Part shown: piece after piece, positions 13,169-25,489 of the stretch | How the letters are laid out: each line of letters starts with the position of its first letter | Position numbering within the stretch: position 1 is the first letter of the stretch | NCBI RefSeq assembly: GCF_963921235.1 | Contig: NC_086097.1 | Coordinates: 242,608,001 to 242,672,000 of the forward strand | DNA length: 64,000 bases | Direction: 5' to 3' | From: Mobula hypostoma | Taxonomy: Eukaryota | Position numbers and translations under genes: made by a program | The notes under the pieces: generated by a model | Told to the model about the DNA's origin: nothing | What the model saw: only the letters and a program-made list of their open reading frames with translations | Databases searched by the model: none

Positions 13169-13477
13169 AACACGAGGAATTCTACAGATGCTGGAAATTC
13201 AAGCAACACACATCAAAGTTGCTGGTGAACGCAGCAGGTCAGGCAGCATCTCTAGGAAGAGGTACAGTCGACGTTTCAGGCCGGGACCCTTCGTCAGGAC
13301 TAACTGAAGGAAGAGCTAGTAAGAGATTTGAAAGTGGGAGGGGGAGGAGGAGATCCAAAACGATAGGAGAAGACAGTTAGTCCTGCCGAAGGGTCTCGGC
13401 CTGAAACGTCGACTGTACCTCTTCCTAGAGATGCTGCTTGACCTGCTGCGTTCACCAGCAACTTTGATGTGTGTTGC
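13169..13477. mobile_element. Penelope pseudo-LTR foldback unit
   Basis: Two inverted copies of the pLTR seen at 57160-57268, flanked by the 12-bp direct repeat TCCAATACTCCA (13157-13168, 13478-13489). Confidence 0.88.
13265..13302 (-). ncRNA. Minimal type I hammerhead ribozyme motif (Penelope pLTR)
   Basis: Minus strand reads TAGTC-CTGACGA-AGG-GTCCCGG-CCT-GAAA-CGTC-GACTG: CUGANGA and GAAA core, stem I AGTC/GACT. Confidence 0.75.
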
Positions 13478-13942
13478 TCCAATACTCCATTTTTGATTGA
13501 ATCAACTGAAAAAAATGCAATTTTGGTGAAGAGCTTCACAATCGCTTTACAAAATTATCTGATTTTATTTTACCCAAACTTACCGTCAGATATTTCTTCA
13601 GGTTGGTTTATATCTGAAATTTCTATTCTATTTCTGTTCTGCTATATCCAAGATCCTAAAACCGCTTTTTCTACATTGTTTTATATTGTGTTGGAAAATA
13701 TCTACCCAATTAGATACCCAAAATGTTAATTAGATGCTTTATTTCTCTCATTATTTTACTGTATTTATATTCAAATTTAACCCTAGACCATTGGCCATAA
13801 ATAATGGACAAATGACATTCAATTTTGCATACAATACACTTGTGACTGTGCATGTGTTAAGTCTCGTACATTGGATGAAGACAACAGAAGGATGTCCTTT
13901 GGAACAGTGATGAGGAAGCCGAACCCTGCTCCCATCTCTTAT

Positions 13943-14165
13943 GGAATTTCATTAGCCAGAGGGTTGGTGAACCTGTGGAATTCATCGCCACTGACGGCTA
14001 TGGAGGCCAAGTCATTGGGTATATTTAAAGCGGATGTTGATAGGTTCTTGATTATTAAGGGCATCAAAGGTTACGGGGAGAAGGCAGGAGAATGGGGTTG
14101 AGAAGGATAATATGGAATGGCAGAACAGACGAGATGGGCTGAATGGCCTAGTTCTGCTCCTGTGC
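13943..14165 (+). mobile_element. CR1 LINE 3' fragment
   Basis: Translates to VNLWNSSP..AMEAKSLGIFKADVDRFL, followed by a 3'UTR. Confidence 0.85.
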
Positions 14166-15062
14166 CTGAAGGCCATAATCATAAAGGTTGTATGCAACAG
14201 CAGCCAACCCACTTTGAAACGGTTCTCGCACAGGCATCTTCAGAACTGTAGTGGAAGCAAGTTATCCTTAATTTCAAGAAAATAATGAAAAGACTATTTA
14301 TTTCTTTTGTTTTGAGCAAATGTTTAATTCAAAGCTTTAATATGTTATGGGAGCATCCTTCTGGCAAAGTGCCACACAAAAATTCACATTTTTTTTCCTT
14401 TTTAATAAATCTATTTTGAGTGCTTAATGGTTAGTTCAGACCGGGTGTATGGACGGCTCCATTTGCATGCTATAAGACTCTGGCTCAATCCACATGTCAG
14501 AACCAGATCCAGACTTGAAATGTTCCTTCAAACACTACATTATGCAACTTTCCAGTTGCCATAATGGGATTTAACCTTTTGTTGCTGGATGATTCCAAAT
14601 CTCTGGAATTACAGGTATGCTACAATTTGCATAAACAAGCTTCACCACACACAATCTAAATACATATACAGAATCTGATAAAATGTCAAATATGCATTTC
14701 TGAGGAGAACTGACCAATGGGACTTGGTTACGTTTGTATACGCAAAAAAAATATTTGCAATACAGGATAAATAACACCACTGCATGACTACTGCCATCTT
14801 CTTTTCGTATCCTGGAATTTGCCGACCGTAATGCACTGAAATGCATAAGCAAATAACATGAGCGAGATCCATAGATATTAAAGAGACAGAGAAACCATTC
14901 ACAAAGATAGGCAGAATTGGAATACTGTACTTGACCACTCAGGTAGCAGCAACAAGTGGACAAGAAGAGGAGGCACAGAAGTACAGACAGAACAGGGACA
15001 GCAGGCTGAGCAAGTCATATGGAGGAGCAAATACATAGGTTCATGACCCATTTCTTTTTCTA

Positions 15063-16108
15063 CACTCAGTGACCACTTTGTTAGATACGTCCTGTTACTA
15101 ATAAAGTGGCCACTGAGAGTAAGTTTGTGATTTTCTGCTGTAGCCCGTCCACTTCAAGATTCGATGTACTGTGCCTTCAGAGATGCTCTTCTGTACACCA
15201 CTGTTGTAACACTTGGTTATTTAAATTACTGTTGCTTCCTGTCAGCTTGAACCAGTCTGGCTATTCCCCTATGACCCCTCTCATTAACAAAGTGTTTCTG
15301 CCCACAGAACTGCTGCTCACTGAATGTGTTTTGTTTTTCTCACCATTCTCTGTAAACTCCAGTGACTGCTGTGCATGAAAATCCCAGATCAGCAGTTTCT
15401 GAGATACTCAAACTACTCCATCTGGCACCAACAATCATTCCAGGGTAAAAGTCACTTAAATCATGTTTCCACAAGACCACATGATCAAGGAATAGAATTT
15501 GGCCATTTGGCCCATCGAGTCTGCCCCACTACTTCATCATGGTTGATCCATTTATCCTCTCATTCCCAATCTGCCTTCTCTCCTTATCCCTTCATGCCCT
15601 CAATCAAGAATCCATCAACCTCTGCCTTAAATATACGTAAAAACTTGGCTTCTACAGCTGGCTGTGGAAACAAATTCCACAGATTCACCACTCTCTGCCT
15701 AAAGAAGAATTTCATCCCAATTCTAATGTTTGGTCAAAACCTCTTGAATTTTATTTAGAGATACAGCATGCAGTGGGCCCTTCTGGGCCTTCCAGCCACA
15801 CCGCCCCAGATCCCCCAACAACCCTGTTTTCACCCTAAACTAATTATGAGACAATTTACACTGACCTATTAACCTATCCGATACATTTTTGGACTGTGAG
15901 AGAAAACCGAAGCATCCGGGAAAAACATACACATTCCAGATGCCGGAAGTGAACTCTGTACTCTAACACTCCGAACTGTTATAGTGTTGCACAACCATTA
16001 CACCAGTCTTGACCATGTCTGCATGCTTTTTTTTTGCATTTGGTTGCTGCCACATGATTGGCAGATTAGATATTGGTAATAATGAGTAGGTGTACACGAG
16101 TCAGAGTG
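15063..16108 (+). mobile_element. Tc1-type MITE interrupted by CR1 (~15468-15712) and SINE (~15750-16000) fragments
   Basis: TA-CACTCAGTG.CCACTTT.TTAG terminus; the body matches the copies at 18195 and 25874. Confidence 0.7.
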
Positions 16109-16489
16109 CATACTGCAGAAATCTATGCATGCATATACACCACCAATGGGACATTCAGTACTAACAACAGCAAGGCAATCCTATTCAACAATATTTGACA
16201 ACAGAACACCCTACACCTTCTCCACACACTTGGACGGTTTGGGAGAATGTAGTACTCCCTCCACCTTTAATGAACGTTGGCCCAGGTTTATTTGTGTATG
16301 TCCTTATACAAGATTGCTACTCAGAACACTGAAAAGCACAAACTGTTGGATAAAGCAACATCAGCTAAGAGAAAGGAATGGTCAACATTTCTCCCTTTGC
16401 CTCTACAGATGCTGAATTATCTGCCTTCTTCATCCAACAATGTCCTTTGCCAAACAAAAACATACACTGTCTCCTTCCATCAACTCTGT

Positions 16490-17290
16490 GTATACTTCTC
16501 ACTGCCTCAGTAAGGTAGCCAGCATAATCAAAAGATCCCACCCAGCCTGAGCAGTCTCTCTTCTCCCGAAGACAGCACCGACACAAAAAAGGAGCATCCA
16601 TCAAGGAGCCTCACCACCCAGGCAATACTCTCTTCTCACTGTTGCCATCAAGGTGGTGGTACAGGAGCCTCAGGGCCCACACCATCAGGCCCAGGAACAG
16701 TTATTATCCCTCAACCACCAGGCTCTTGAACCAAAGGGGATAAGTTCACGCACCTCAACACTGAACTGTTCTCGCAACATATGACTCACTTTCAAGGACC
16801 CTTCATCTCATGTTCTCAATATTTATTGTTTATTTATTTTTCTTTTGTATTTGCAGAGTTTGTTGCCTTTTGCACTTTGGTTGTTTCTCTACCCATTGGC
16901 TGTGCCCTTTTATTGATTCTATTACTTTCTTGGATTTACCGAGTATGACCAGAAGAAAATGAATGTCAGGTTTATATATAGTGACATATATATGCACTTT
17001 GATAATAAATTTACTCTGAACTTAGAATGGGCAAAAGATATACAAAAGCCTAAAAGCACGCACCACCAGGCTCAACGACAGCTTCCACTCAATTATAAAC
17101 CTATTGATCGGTACCAAGAACAATAAGATGGACCTCACTGTTTACCTGCACTGCACTTGCTCTGCAGATGTTAACACTTCATTCTGCATTGCTACTGTTG
17201 TAGCTCAATGCACTGTGTAATGAATTGATCTGTACAAACAATATGCAAGACAAGCTTTTCACTGTATCTCATTACCAGTGACAAGAATAA
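16490..17290 (+). mobile_element. Nested Rex1-like LINE 3' fragments
   Basis: Recurring IIKDP.HP...LF..LPS...RNSYYP motifs and 3' tails. Confidence 0.6.
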
Positions 17291-18577
17291 ATCAATTCAA
17301 TCTGTAAAATAAATCCTTCTCCTAATACAGTTTTCAAATTCTGGTCGATAATTTGCCTAAAATTTGATGCCACCATGACAAGCCATCTTTAATGCCCGAG
17401 GAAGAATTCAGAATTCATTTAGGAATTATATTACTATCCATGCTGGCATTAACTGGATAATATACATCTTGAACTTGCACATTCAGTGCTGACATTGGCT
17501 CTTCACCTCTGGATATTTGCCAACTGCAGAATTAGAAGACAAAAGCTTCAATAATGCAAAATAAAAGTTCTGGAGGAGCTCTGTGGATCAGGTAGCGATT
17601 GTAAGGGGAAAGAGATGGATGATGTTTTAGGTCAAGACCTGCATCAGGACCAAGGTAGGAGACAGCCAGTATGACTTGAGAGGAAGGGGTGAGACAGGCA
17701 GTGGCTGATGGCAGATGAAACACCAATGCCCAGGAACGAAAGAGCCTACAAGTGGTGAATATAGCTCAGTCCATCTCAGGCAAAGCTCTCCCCATCATTG
17801 AGCACATCTACAAGAAAAGATGCCACAAGGAAGTAGTATCCATCATCAAGGATGCCCACCATCAGGCAGGAGGTACAGGAGCATTAGGTCCCATACCCAC
17901 CAGGTTCAGGAAGTTATAACCCTTCAGCCATCAGGCTCCTGAATATTTGTGGACGATTTCACTCACCTTAATACTGGAGTAATGCCACGACAAATGATTC
18001 CATGGACTCACTTTCAACACTCTAGAGCCCATGAACATAGACACACACACACATCATTTGCACCATTTGTACTGTTTGCACATTGGTTGTGAGCATTCAT
18101 TCTGTATAGTTTTTCTATAAATTCTATTGTAGTTATTTACATTCCTGTAAATGCCTGCAAGAAAATCAATTTCAAAGCAGTATATGGTGGCATACACTCA
18201 GTGGCCTCTTTATTAAATACAGGAGTGGAACTGGGTGTGGTCTACTGCTTCTGTAGCCGATCCACTTCAAAGTTTGACATGTTGTGCATTCAGAGAAGCT
18301 CTTTTGCATACCACTGTTGTAACCACTGGTTATTTAAATTACTGTCGCTTTCTTGTCAGCTTCAACCAGTCTGGCTGTTCTTATCTGACATCTCTCATTA
18401 ACAAGGAGTTTTCACCCACAGAACTGCTGCTCACTGGACATTATTTGTTTTTTTTTTGCACCTTTTTCTAACCTCAAGAGATTGTCGGTGCAGGAACATA
18501 CCAAGAGATGAGCAGTTTCTGGGATACTCAAACAAATCCATCTGGCGCCAACAATCATTCCAGTCATTCACTTAGAT

Positions 18578-20390
18578 CAGCGATTCTCAACATGGAACAT
18601 ATGACCCCCTAGGAGTCCATGCCAAATTTCATAGGGGAGACAATTAAAAAATCAAGAAACTGGGGGCCACAGGAGCTTCTGAATGGACCCTGATAAGTTT
18701 ACTGTTTTAATGAAGTATTACTGAACTATATAAATAAAAAATAAATTAATATATGTAATTTAGTTGGAACCCCAGTGAAATGAATGGGAAAGTATAACGA
18801 TGCAGGTGAGGCTGCAAAACAGGTGTGTGTGCTTGCACGCAGCATGTCAATCTCTGCTCCTGATTGACCTCACACAAATCAATGTTCACACCCTGCAGGA
18901 TGGCCCACTGATCCTCGCTGCACATCCACCCCCAAATCATACACTGCAGATTGGGCAGGGCTGTCTGCAGTAAGGCCAATCTGCGAGTATGCAGCAGGAG
19001 GTTGGTTCTGTTTGTCTTCCACTGACCCATGCGCGTCATAATACTTATAAAATGTGGCAACGTGGCTGCAGGTACTGCAGTGGGGTCATATGCCAGAAAC
19101 TGCTAAATTGCTGAGAGGTGAGAATGTGTAATGTCTCCCACTGTATCACTTTCTACCACTACAATTTCCATTAAATCCCTGATACTCACCATATTTTGAA
19201 AGGAAGTTCAATTTGCTTTTCTTTATAGTATAGTAGCATTTCTAAGTGATAAGCTGCTCAGAGAACAAATTGCTGCTAAGTCTGATGCATTTTACCTGTC
19301 AGATATATTTGAAAAACTGAACAGTTACAAAGAAAAAACTACAGTCACATATCATGCAAGCATGCAATTACGACTTTCCTTGGAAAGCAAAGTTTTCAGC
19401 AGCAATATTGGATGTTTGAGTTTATACGATTTCCTTCACTGACCACCCTTAAAATAGAATGGCAAGATGACAATCTGATTGTACAGCCTGATCATTTGAA
19501 ACAACTGCACACTGATATAGAATTTCGTTTCAAAGACCTGCTGGCAATGCATATTCCAGATTGGGTGGTGGATCCATTTGGGATAAAGCAAACTTGTTTC
19601 TAATTGGATTTTCCACCTCTTATCTAGTTGGATGTGGTTTTAGTCAAGCTATCAAAAGCTCATAGCCACCTTGATATTGTGAAAAGAGGTGACCTTCAAT
19701 TATCTTTAATCAGGTTGCAACAGGATATTCAAAAACTCACCAGTTTGCATCTGTCAGAAGCATCTCACTAAATCCTAAAGTCACAAAAATAAGCACCTTT
19801 TTGTCACAGGTTCAAAGAATGTTATATAATTTATAAATAAAGTATCCTATTCAAAGCGTTGAAACAGTTTTATTTTTCAGATACACCTGTAACATTATAT
19901 TTAACATCTAATATCCATAACCTGTTAAATATAAATATTAACTGCATATTAGAATAATTTGTGTTGGCACATGGCCAAGTGGTTAAGGCGTTGGTCCAGT
20001 GATCTCAAGGTCGCTAGTTCGAGCCTCAGCTGAGGCGGCATGTTGTGTCCTTGAGCAAGGCACTTAACCACATATTGCTCTGCGACGACACTGGAGCCAA
20101 GCTGCATCGGCCCTAGTGCCCTTCCCTTAGACAACATCGGTGTATGGAGAGGGGAGACTTGCAGCATGGGCAAATGCCGGTCTTCCATACTTTGCCCAGG
20201 CCTGTGCCCTGGAAACTTTCCAAGGTGCAAATCCATGGTGTCACGAGACTAACGGGTGCATATTAGAATAATTAGTACAGTTGACCAAAATAAAACTTTA
20301 GCAACCAATGGAGACAACAGAGGGTGGGGGCCACAAAGATAAATGAAACTCGTAAGTGGGCCAAGAGCAGAAAAGGGTTGAGTAGCACCA
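18578..20390 (+). mobile_element. Internally deleted hAT (Charlie/Buster-type) transposon
   Basis: 8-bp TSD ACTTAGAT (18570-18577, 20391-20398) and degenerate TIRs CAGCGATTCTCAAC / GTTGAGTAGCACCA. Transposase remnants at ~19200-19771: YLSDIFEKLN, RFKDLL.M.IPDWVVDPF, RGDLQLSL..LQQDIQKL...SH*. Confidence 0.85.
19960..20260 (+). mobile_element. tRNA-derived SINE
   Basis: Box A TGGCCAAGTGG, box B-like AGTTCGAGCC, TSD TATTAGAATAATT. Second copy at 60950-61276. Confidence 0.85.
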
Positions 20391-21254
20391 ACTTAGATCA
20401 TATTTCTTCTCCATTCTCACGTTTGGCTTGAACAACTGAACCTCTTTACCATGTCTGTATGCTTTTTTGTATCGAGTTGCTGTCACATGATTGGCTGATC
20501 AGACTTTTGTATTAATGAGGTGTATCTAATGAAGTGGACACTGAGTGCATATGTACTTTAATAATAATAATAAATTTACTTTGAACTTTTGAAAGAGCAG
20601 CAGAAATCAGAAAGAGGGAAGCAGTGAGAAGGAATCACAGGAAAATATTATTCTTCTCTTCAATAGGAATTTTGGAGTCCCCTTTGACAGAATGAACCCT
20701 GTTACTGAAACTATCAGCACTCCAGCAACCAGAAATGCCAAGGAGCACTAGGTTAAATAAACTCCTTTTAAAGTTTCCATCCACATAAGTGCAAAAAAAT
20801 TAAGAGTCATAGGTCAAGGTACACTGTGCTTTGAAGATAGTTTCCAGTGACTGAAGCAGAGCATATATATTATTCAACAAGACTACCCAAATGAACAGGT
20901 GTAAAATACTGCTCTCAATTGTTCAGATAAAGGGGAAAATTACTTGCATTTATATTATGCCTTTTACAACCTTAGGGGGTAGTGAAGAGCAATGTAGCCT
21001 ATCTGGTTTTGAACCCTAGACATTGTTTTTGGAACCTTATTAGGTGAAAGCTGGATGCTATGTTTCAGAATATTGACTGAGGGATAGTAATTATCCATGA
21101 TACCTTGATATTTTTGGAATGCCTTTATCAAAACTTTGAGGTCTCATTGATAATGTGACATGACCGTTTCCAGACTGTTAAGACATTGGATCAAATAGTT
21201 TAATTCTCCATTGAGTCTGCTCCGTATCATGTCTCATTTAGTACTCCTCTTAAT

Positions 21255-21480
21255 GCCACGTGGCAATGAATTTCACAAATTCACCACCCTCTGGCTACAG
21301 AAATTCTTTCTAATCTCTGTTCTAAAGGGATGCCCTTCCATTCTGAGGCTGTGCCCTCTGGTCCTAGACTCCCCACTATAGGAAACATCAACTCTACCTC
21401 AGCCTTTCAATATTCAGTAGATTTCAATAAGATTGATTTTTTTTTTCTAATTCCTCATTCTTCTAAACTCCAGTGAGTAG
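21255..21480 (-). mobile_element. CR1 LINE fragment
   Basis: Matches the CR1 C-terminal copies at 40265-40556 and 62375-62730. Confidence 0.75.
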
Positions 21481-21748
21481 AGGTTATTAAAGTCTTAATT
21501 CTCTATTTAAGTCTTAAAATTATTACTCAAGACTAGAAACTCCTGTTTTTGGAAAGCACCTGTTACTATTGACAATACAAAGATTAAAGCTTAAGCATCT
21601 GAAGATCAAATTTCAAAATCCAAGTAAAAGTTCCATGTATCCAGGCTATGTGGGTAGATTGTATGCCAGTGCACACTAATTGTCTCTGTGAAACAAGAGG
21701 ATAGAATACACAATTAGCACCCACAAGTTCCAGGCCATTGAATGTAAT

Positions 21749-21899
21749 GTAACACACAAAATGCTGGAGAAACTCAGGTCAGGCCCTATGGAGCGGAATA
21801 AGCAGTCAGCATTTCAAGTCGAGATCCTCCTCCTGTCCTCCAGCATTTTGTGTGTTACTCTGGATTTCAAACATCTGCTTAATCTCTTCTATTTATGAT
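21749..21899. mobile_element. Degenerate Penelope pLTR foldback unit
   Basis: AACACACAAAATGCTGGAG ... CTCCAGCATTTTGTGTGTT inverted pair, flanked by a repeated TTGAATGTA. Confidence 0.65.
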
Positions 21900-22439
21900 T
21901 TACTACCTTGAATGTACAACACTGCCATCTGAAATTATGGTTCATTAAATGACTCTGGAAGACGTAAACCGCTTGCCATACATCAGGTGTCTTTCCTCAG
22001 TGAAGATTAAATTCATCTGCATCTTCAGTGTGTTAGCCTTTGGTTAATTGAGAAGAGCATGAGAAAAATCTGGATCTCGGAGTTGCTTCAGAACTTACGG
22101 TCCACCAGGTCAAAGTAATTTTTCCTCCTCTATGCTTGAGACATGAGTGACCCTACTGTGGCATCATGCTAGAAAAATATCACCGCTGTCTCTATATAAT
22201 ACTGATAGCAATATTATCTTCCTCTCCTAAACCAACATCCCTGGTTTCAAAGCACTAGTTATTCGCAGCTACACATCCCAGAAAGCGCAAAAGAACAGGC
22301 ATGTGAATTGAGCTTGTTGCCAAGTAATTCCAGTCCTCTAAACTGTTAGTATGTTATCATATCCAGAAACAAAAATCAAAAAGTAATTCATCTTTTAAAA
22401 TGCCTATTTTTATAAGTATTCTCAGAATGAACCTGCAAG

Positions 22440-22848
22440 AGGACCACAACCTTGTGGCTTAGAGGCTTGCATGCCTCACTGACCCGGAGAGCTAGGTTGG
22501 CTGGAGTCAGGGTTTTATGCTTTGGCTTTTGGTAGGGTTACCTATGTCAAACAGGTCAAAGGGTAGAGGCCAGACTAAGAGTGGTCCACCTGTCCTCCAG
22601 GTTCAGGGGTAGTGCTCATGGTGAATATTCCTGACTGGTAAAACAAAATTGTTACAGAGAAAGCAATGAAGAATCCTTCCATATCTGAGTATGAAAGTAT
22701 TCCTGAATCTTCACCTGGGAGTTGCGTGACTGACAGTAGTGAAAACCGAGAGAAAGCTACTAACATGATGAAGGAAGCGCTGATCACCACCAGAGATGGA
22801 GGTTCTTCATTGCTGTCCTAAATGTTGGCGGCATAATGAACAGTAAGT
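22440..22848 (+). mobile_element. RTE-clade non-autonomous element (UTR-like head, AAGT tail)
   Basis: Non-coding. Ends ...CTAAATGTTGGCGGCATAATGAACAGTAAGT, resembling RTE 3' ends. Confidence 0.45.
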
Positions 22849-23445
22849 CTCAGAGTGAAGTGTTTTGTTTTACAAAATTAATGAATTTATATTAAGAAAC
22901 TAATACCACACCATGCAATATTAACTAAGGCAGTTTGTTGAGGCTAGCAGAGACAAAAAAATTCTTTTGTACCCTGAAGCAAATAAAGGGGTTTTTAAAT
23001 TCACTCTCCTGTCTTTCCAGCATTACAAAGCAGCTATGGAATCCAAGTACAGTCGGCCCTCCTTATTCGCAGGGATTGGTTCCGGTACCCCTCGCGGATA
23101 CCAAAAAACGCGGATACTCAAGTCCCTTATTCAACCTGTCATAATGCGATGGACCTTAGGACCCAGCGGAACCCCGGACCTTATGTAACCTGTTTCAGTA
23201 CGATGGACATTAGGACCCGGCAGCGGAGCTCTGAATCCGCAGTGTTTCTGTTCATGAAAATAATCACGATCACGATTTAAAATAAACTGGAAATAATAAA
23301 GCAATCGGAAAGAGGTGAAACGCCATCGGTCATTGGAAAAGCGTTAGACTACAGTCGGTCAGCGATCAGAACAATTTTAAAGGATAAAGTGAGAAAGGCT
23401 CTGCCCGATTAAAGTTACAATTATTACTAAGCAACGCAGTGGTTT

Positions 23446-23870
23446 CACAGGCCATTGTCTCCCGCACCATCTAACTGTCGATGGGACATCAACGGGACTT
23501 CACTGCACCTTGTTCCCATTCCAGCCTTACTCCTTCCGAATGCTCGGCTCTCCACTCTCTCCGCACTAATCCTAACCTTACTATTAAACCCGCTGATAAG
23601 GGGGGTGCTGTTGTAGTCTGGAGTACTGACCTCTACCTTGCCAAGGCACAGCGACAACTCGCGGATACCTCCTCTTTATCTACCCCTCAATCGTGACCCC
23701 ACTAAGGAGCACCAGGCCATCGTCTTCCACACCATCAGTCCTGACGAAGGGTCTCGGCCCGAAACGTCGACTGTACCTCTTCCTTGAGATGCTGCCTGGC
23801 CTGCTGCATTCACCAGCAACTTTGATGTGTGTTGCTTGAATTTCCAGCATCTGCAGATTTCCTCGTGTTT
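23446..23870 (+). mobile_element. Penelope fragment (RT N-terminal DKG region fused to pLTR) inserted in the Tigger element
   Basis: Translates to SALHSLRTNPNLTIKPADKGGAVVVW, followed by a pLTR. CAGTGGTT is duplicated at both sides. Confidence 0.88.
23736..23773 (+). ncRNA. Minimal type I hammerhead ribozyme motif
   Basis: CAGTC-CTGACGA-A-GGG-TCTCGG-CCC-GAAA-CGTC-GACTG, with a perfect 5-bp stem I. Confidence 0.75.
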
Positions 23871-25489
23871 ACAGTGGTTAGTTATTGGGTTTTGGGTTTT
23901 TGATCCTCCACATCAACCCGACATGGATGGATGCACGAGAGTGTTCTGTCGTTGGATCCAACTCGGGAACTTTTGTTCCCGAGCCTGGTGCTGAAACATA
24001 CGCTTCTTAAGTGTTTTATATGCATAGAAAGGTAAAATATATACTATATACTAAGACAAACGTTTGACTAACTGACGCTAAATAATACCAGGTATACCTG
24101 TTCCGACTTACTTAGTAAGAGAGCTTCCAGTTTTTATTCAATCCCGATCCACGATAACCTATGCACATCCTCCCGTATACTTTAAATCATCTCTAGATTA
24201 CTTATAATACCTAATACAGTGTAAATACTATGTAAAATAGTTGTTGTACTGCTTTGTTTAGGGAATAATGACAAGGAAAAAGAAGTCTGTACATGTTCGA
24301 ACAACAAGTGCTGGAAGAGAACTTCCGGGTTTTCTCAATTCACGGTTGGTTGAATTCGCGCATGCAGAACTCGCGGATAAGGAGGGTCAATTACTACAGA
24401 GGAGGAAAAATTCAGAAATTCTAAGTACACACCTGACTGATAAAGAATGCAACCAGTCACATATGACTGACTGATCTTAATCAAAGATTAGCAAAAATAA
24501 TTTGCTAAGAATACTCTATCAATTTACACAGGAGTCTTTTCCCTCTCATCCTGATCCTTACACTTTACAGATTTTCCACATTCTAGTCATATTTTGGTCA
24601 TTGCATTTAGCTTTTTATTCAATTCATTAATAAACAGAAATGCTTTGCTTCTTCCTCCTAAAGATAATTGGGTATTAGGATCTTTTAATTTAGCAAGTGT
24701 TGATATTCATCTTGAATTCGATGAGGAATTTTAAATCATTGTGCAAAACATACCGTACCTATCCCCACTGGGCAGAAAACTAGTTAATTAACTGATGCAC
24801 AGATAGTCTAAACTCCAAAAATAAACCCCAAAAATATTTCAAATGTCAAAAAAAAATTTGAATTAATAGATACCATCTGAAAAGAACAGTATTAAAAGAA
24901 AATGTGTGATGGAGAGTTGATATTGGGACTTAGGAAGTTAGTAAGCAAATGTTATTAGAAATCCATGCTTGGCCCAGGCATCTGTAACTTTCCTTTCCAA
25001 CTTCTATTATTTTAGCACCAGTTTTAAAGCTAGGTTTATGGAACCACATTTTAACTTATTCCCTCTTGCAAGCATTTCCCTACAGCCGCCACATCAGCTT
25101 GGTAGCTAAGTGGCTGTATAAAGCATGGGGAAGTGTCATCTACTGACCCAGAGAATTAGCTTGAATCCCATATTGGCAGTTTGATAATTGAAATTCACCT
25201 AATTTTTAAAATCTGCAATAAGAATTTACTGTGGTGACTATAACACTACTAGATCACAAAAACACAATCTAACAAGTGATACCAGAATAGTTTTGCAATC
25301 TGTTAGGTTCAAATAAATTTAGGAATGGACAATAAATGCTATGCTTTCTAGTTTTAAACACCCCTCCCATGGAAAACACTGGCTTCACTAACTTAGAATG
25401 CTACCTATCATTGCAAAATTAGAGAAAGAACACATTGATGCAATTATGAAGATCACAGCTATATTTCATTAGGTGTCTGAGGAGCTTTG

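Larger units (their letters stand above)
18195..20547 (+). mobile_element. Tc1-type MITE hosting nested hAT and SINE
   Basis: TIRs CACTCAGTGGCCTCTTTATTA / TAATGAAGTGGACACTGAGTG. The body resumes at 20399 in register with the other copies. Confidence 0.8.
23050..24393 (+). mobile_element. Tigger/pogo-family non-autonomous transposon (MER2-like termini)
   Basis: TA-CAGTCGGCCCTCCTTAT ... ATAAGGAGGGTCAATTA TIRs. CENP-B/psq HTH remnant at ~23270-23445 (NKLEIIKQSERGETPSVIGKALDYSRSAIRTILKDK). Confidence 0.85.

Noticed and set aside
14571..14963. Overlapping 130-aa and 98-aa minus-strand ORFs
   Set aside because: No recognisable domain and no convincing splice donor; consistent with chance ORFs.
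19960..20035. tRNA gene (also the heads at ~61200-61276 and ~38470-38538)
   Set aside because: The A/B boxes continue into a SINE body with tail and TSD, and I see no complete cloverleaf.
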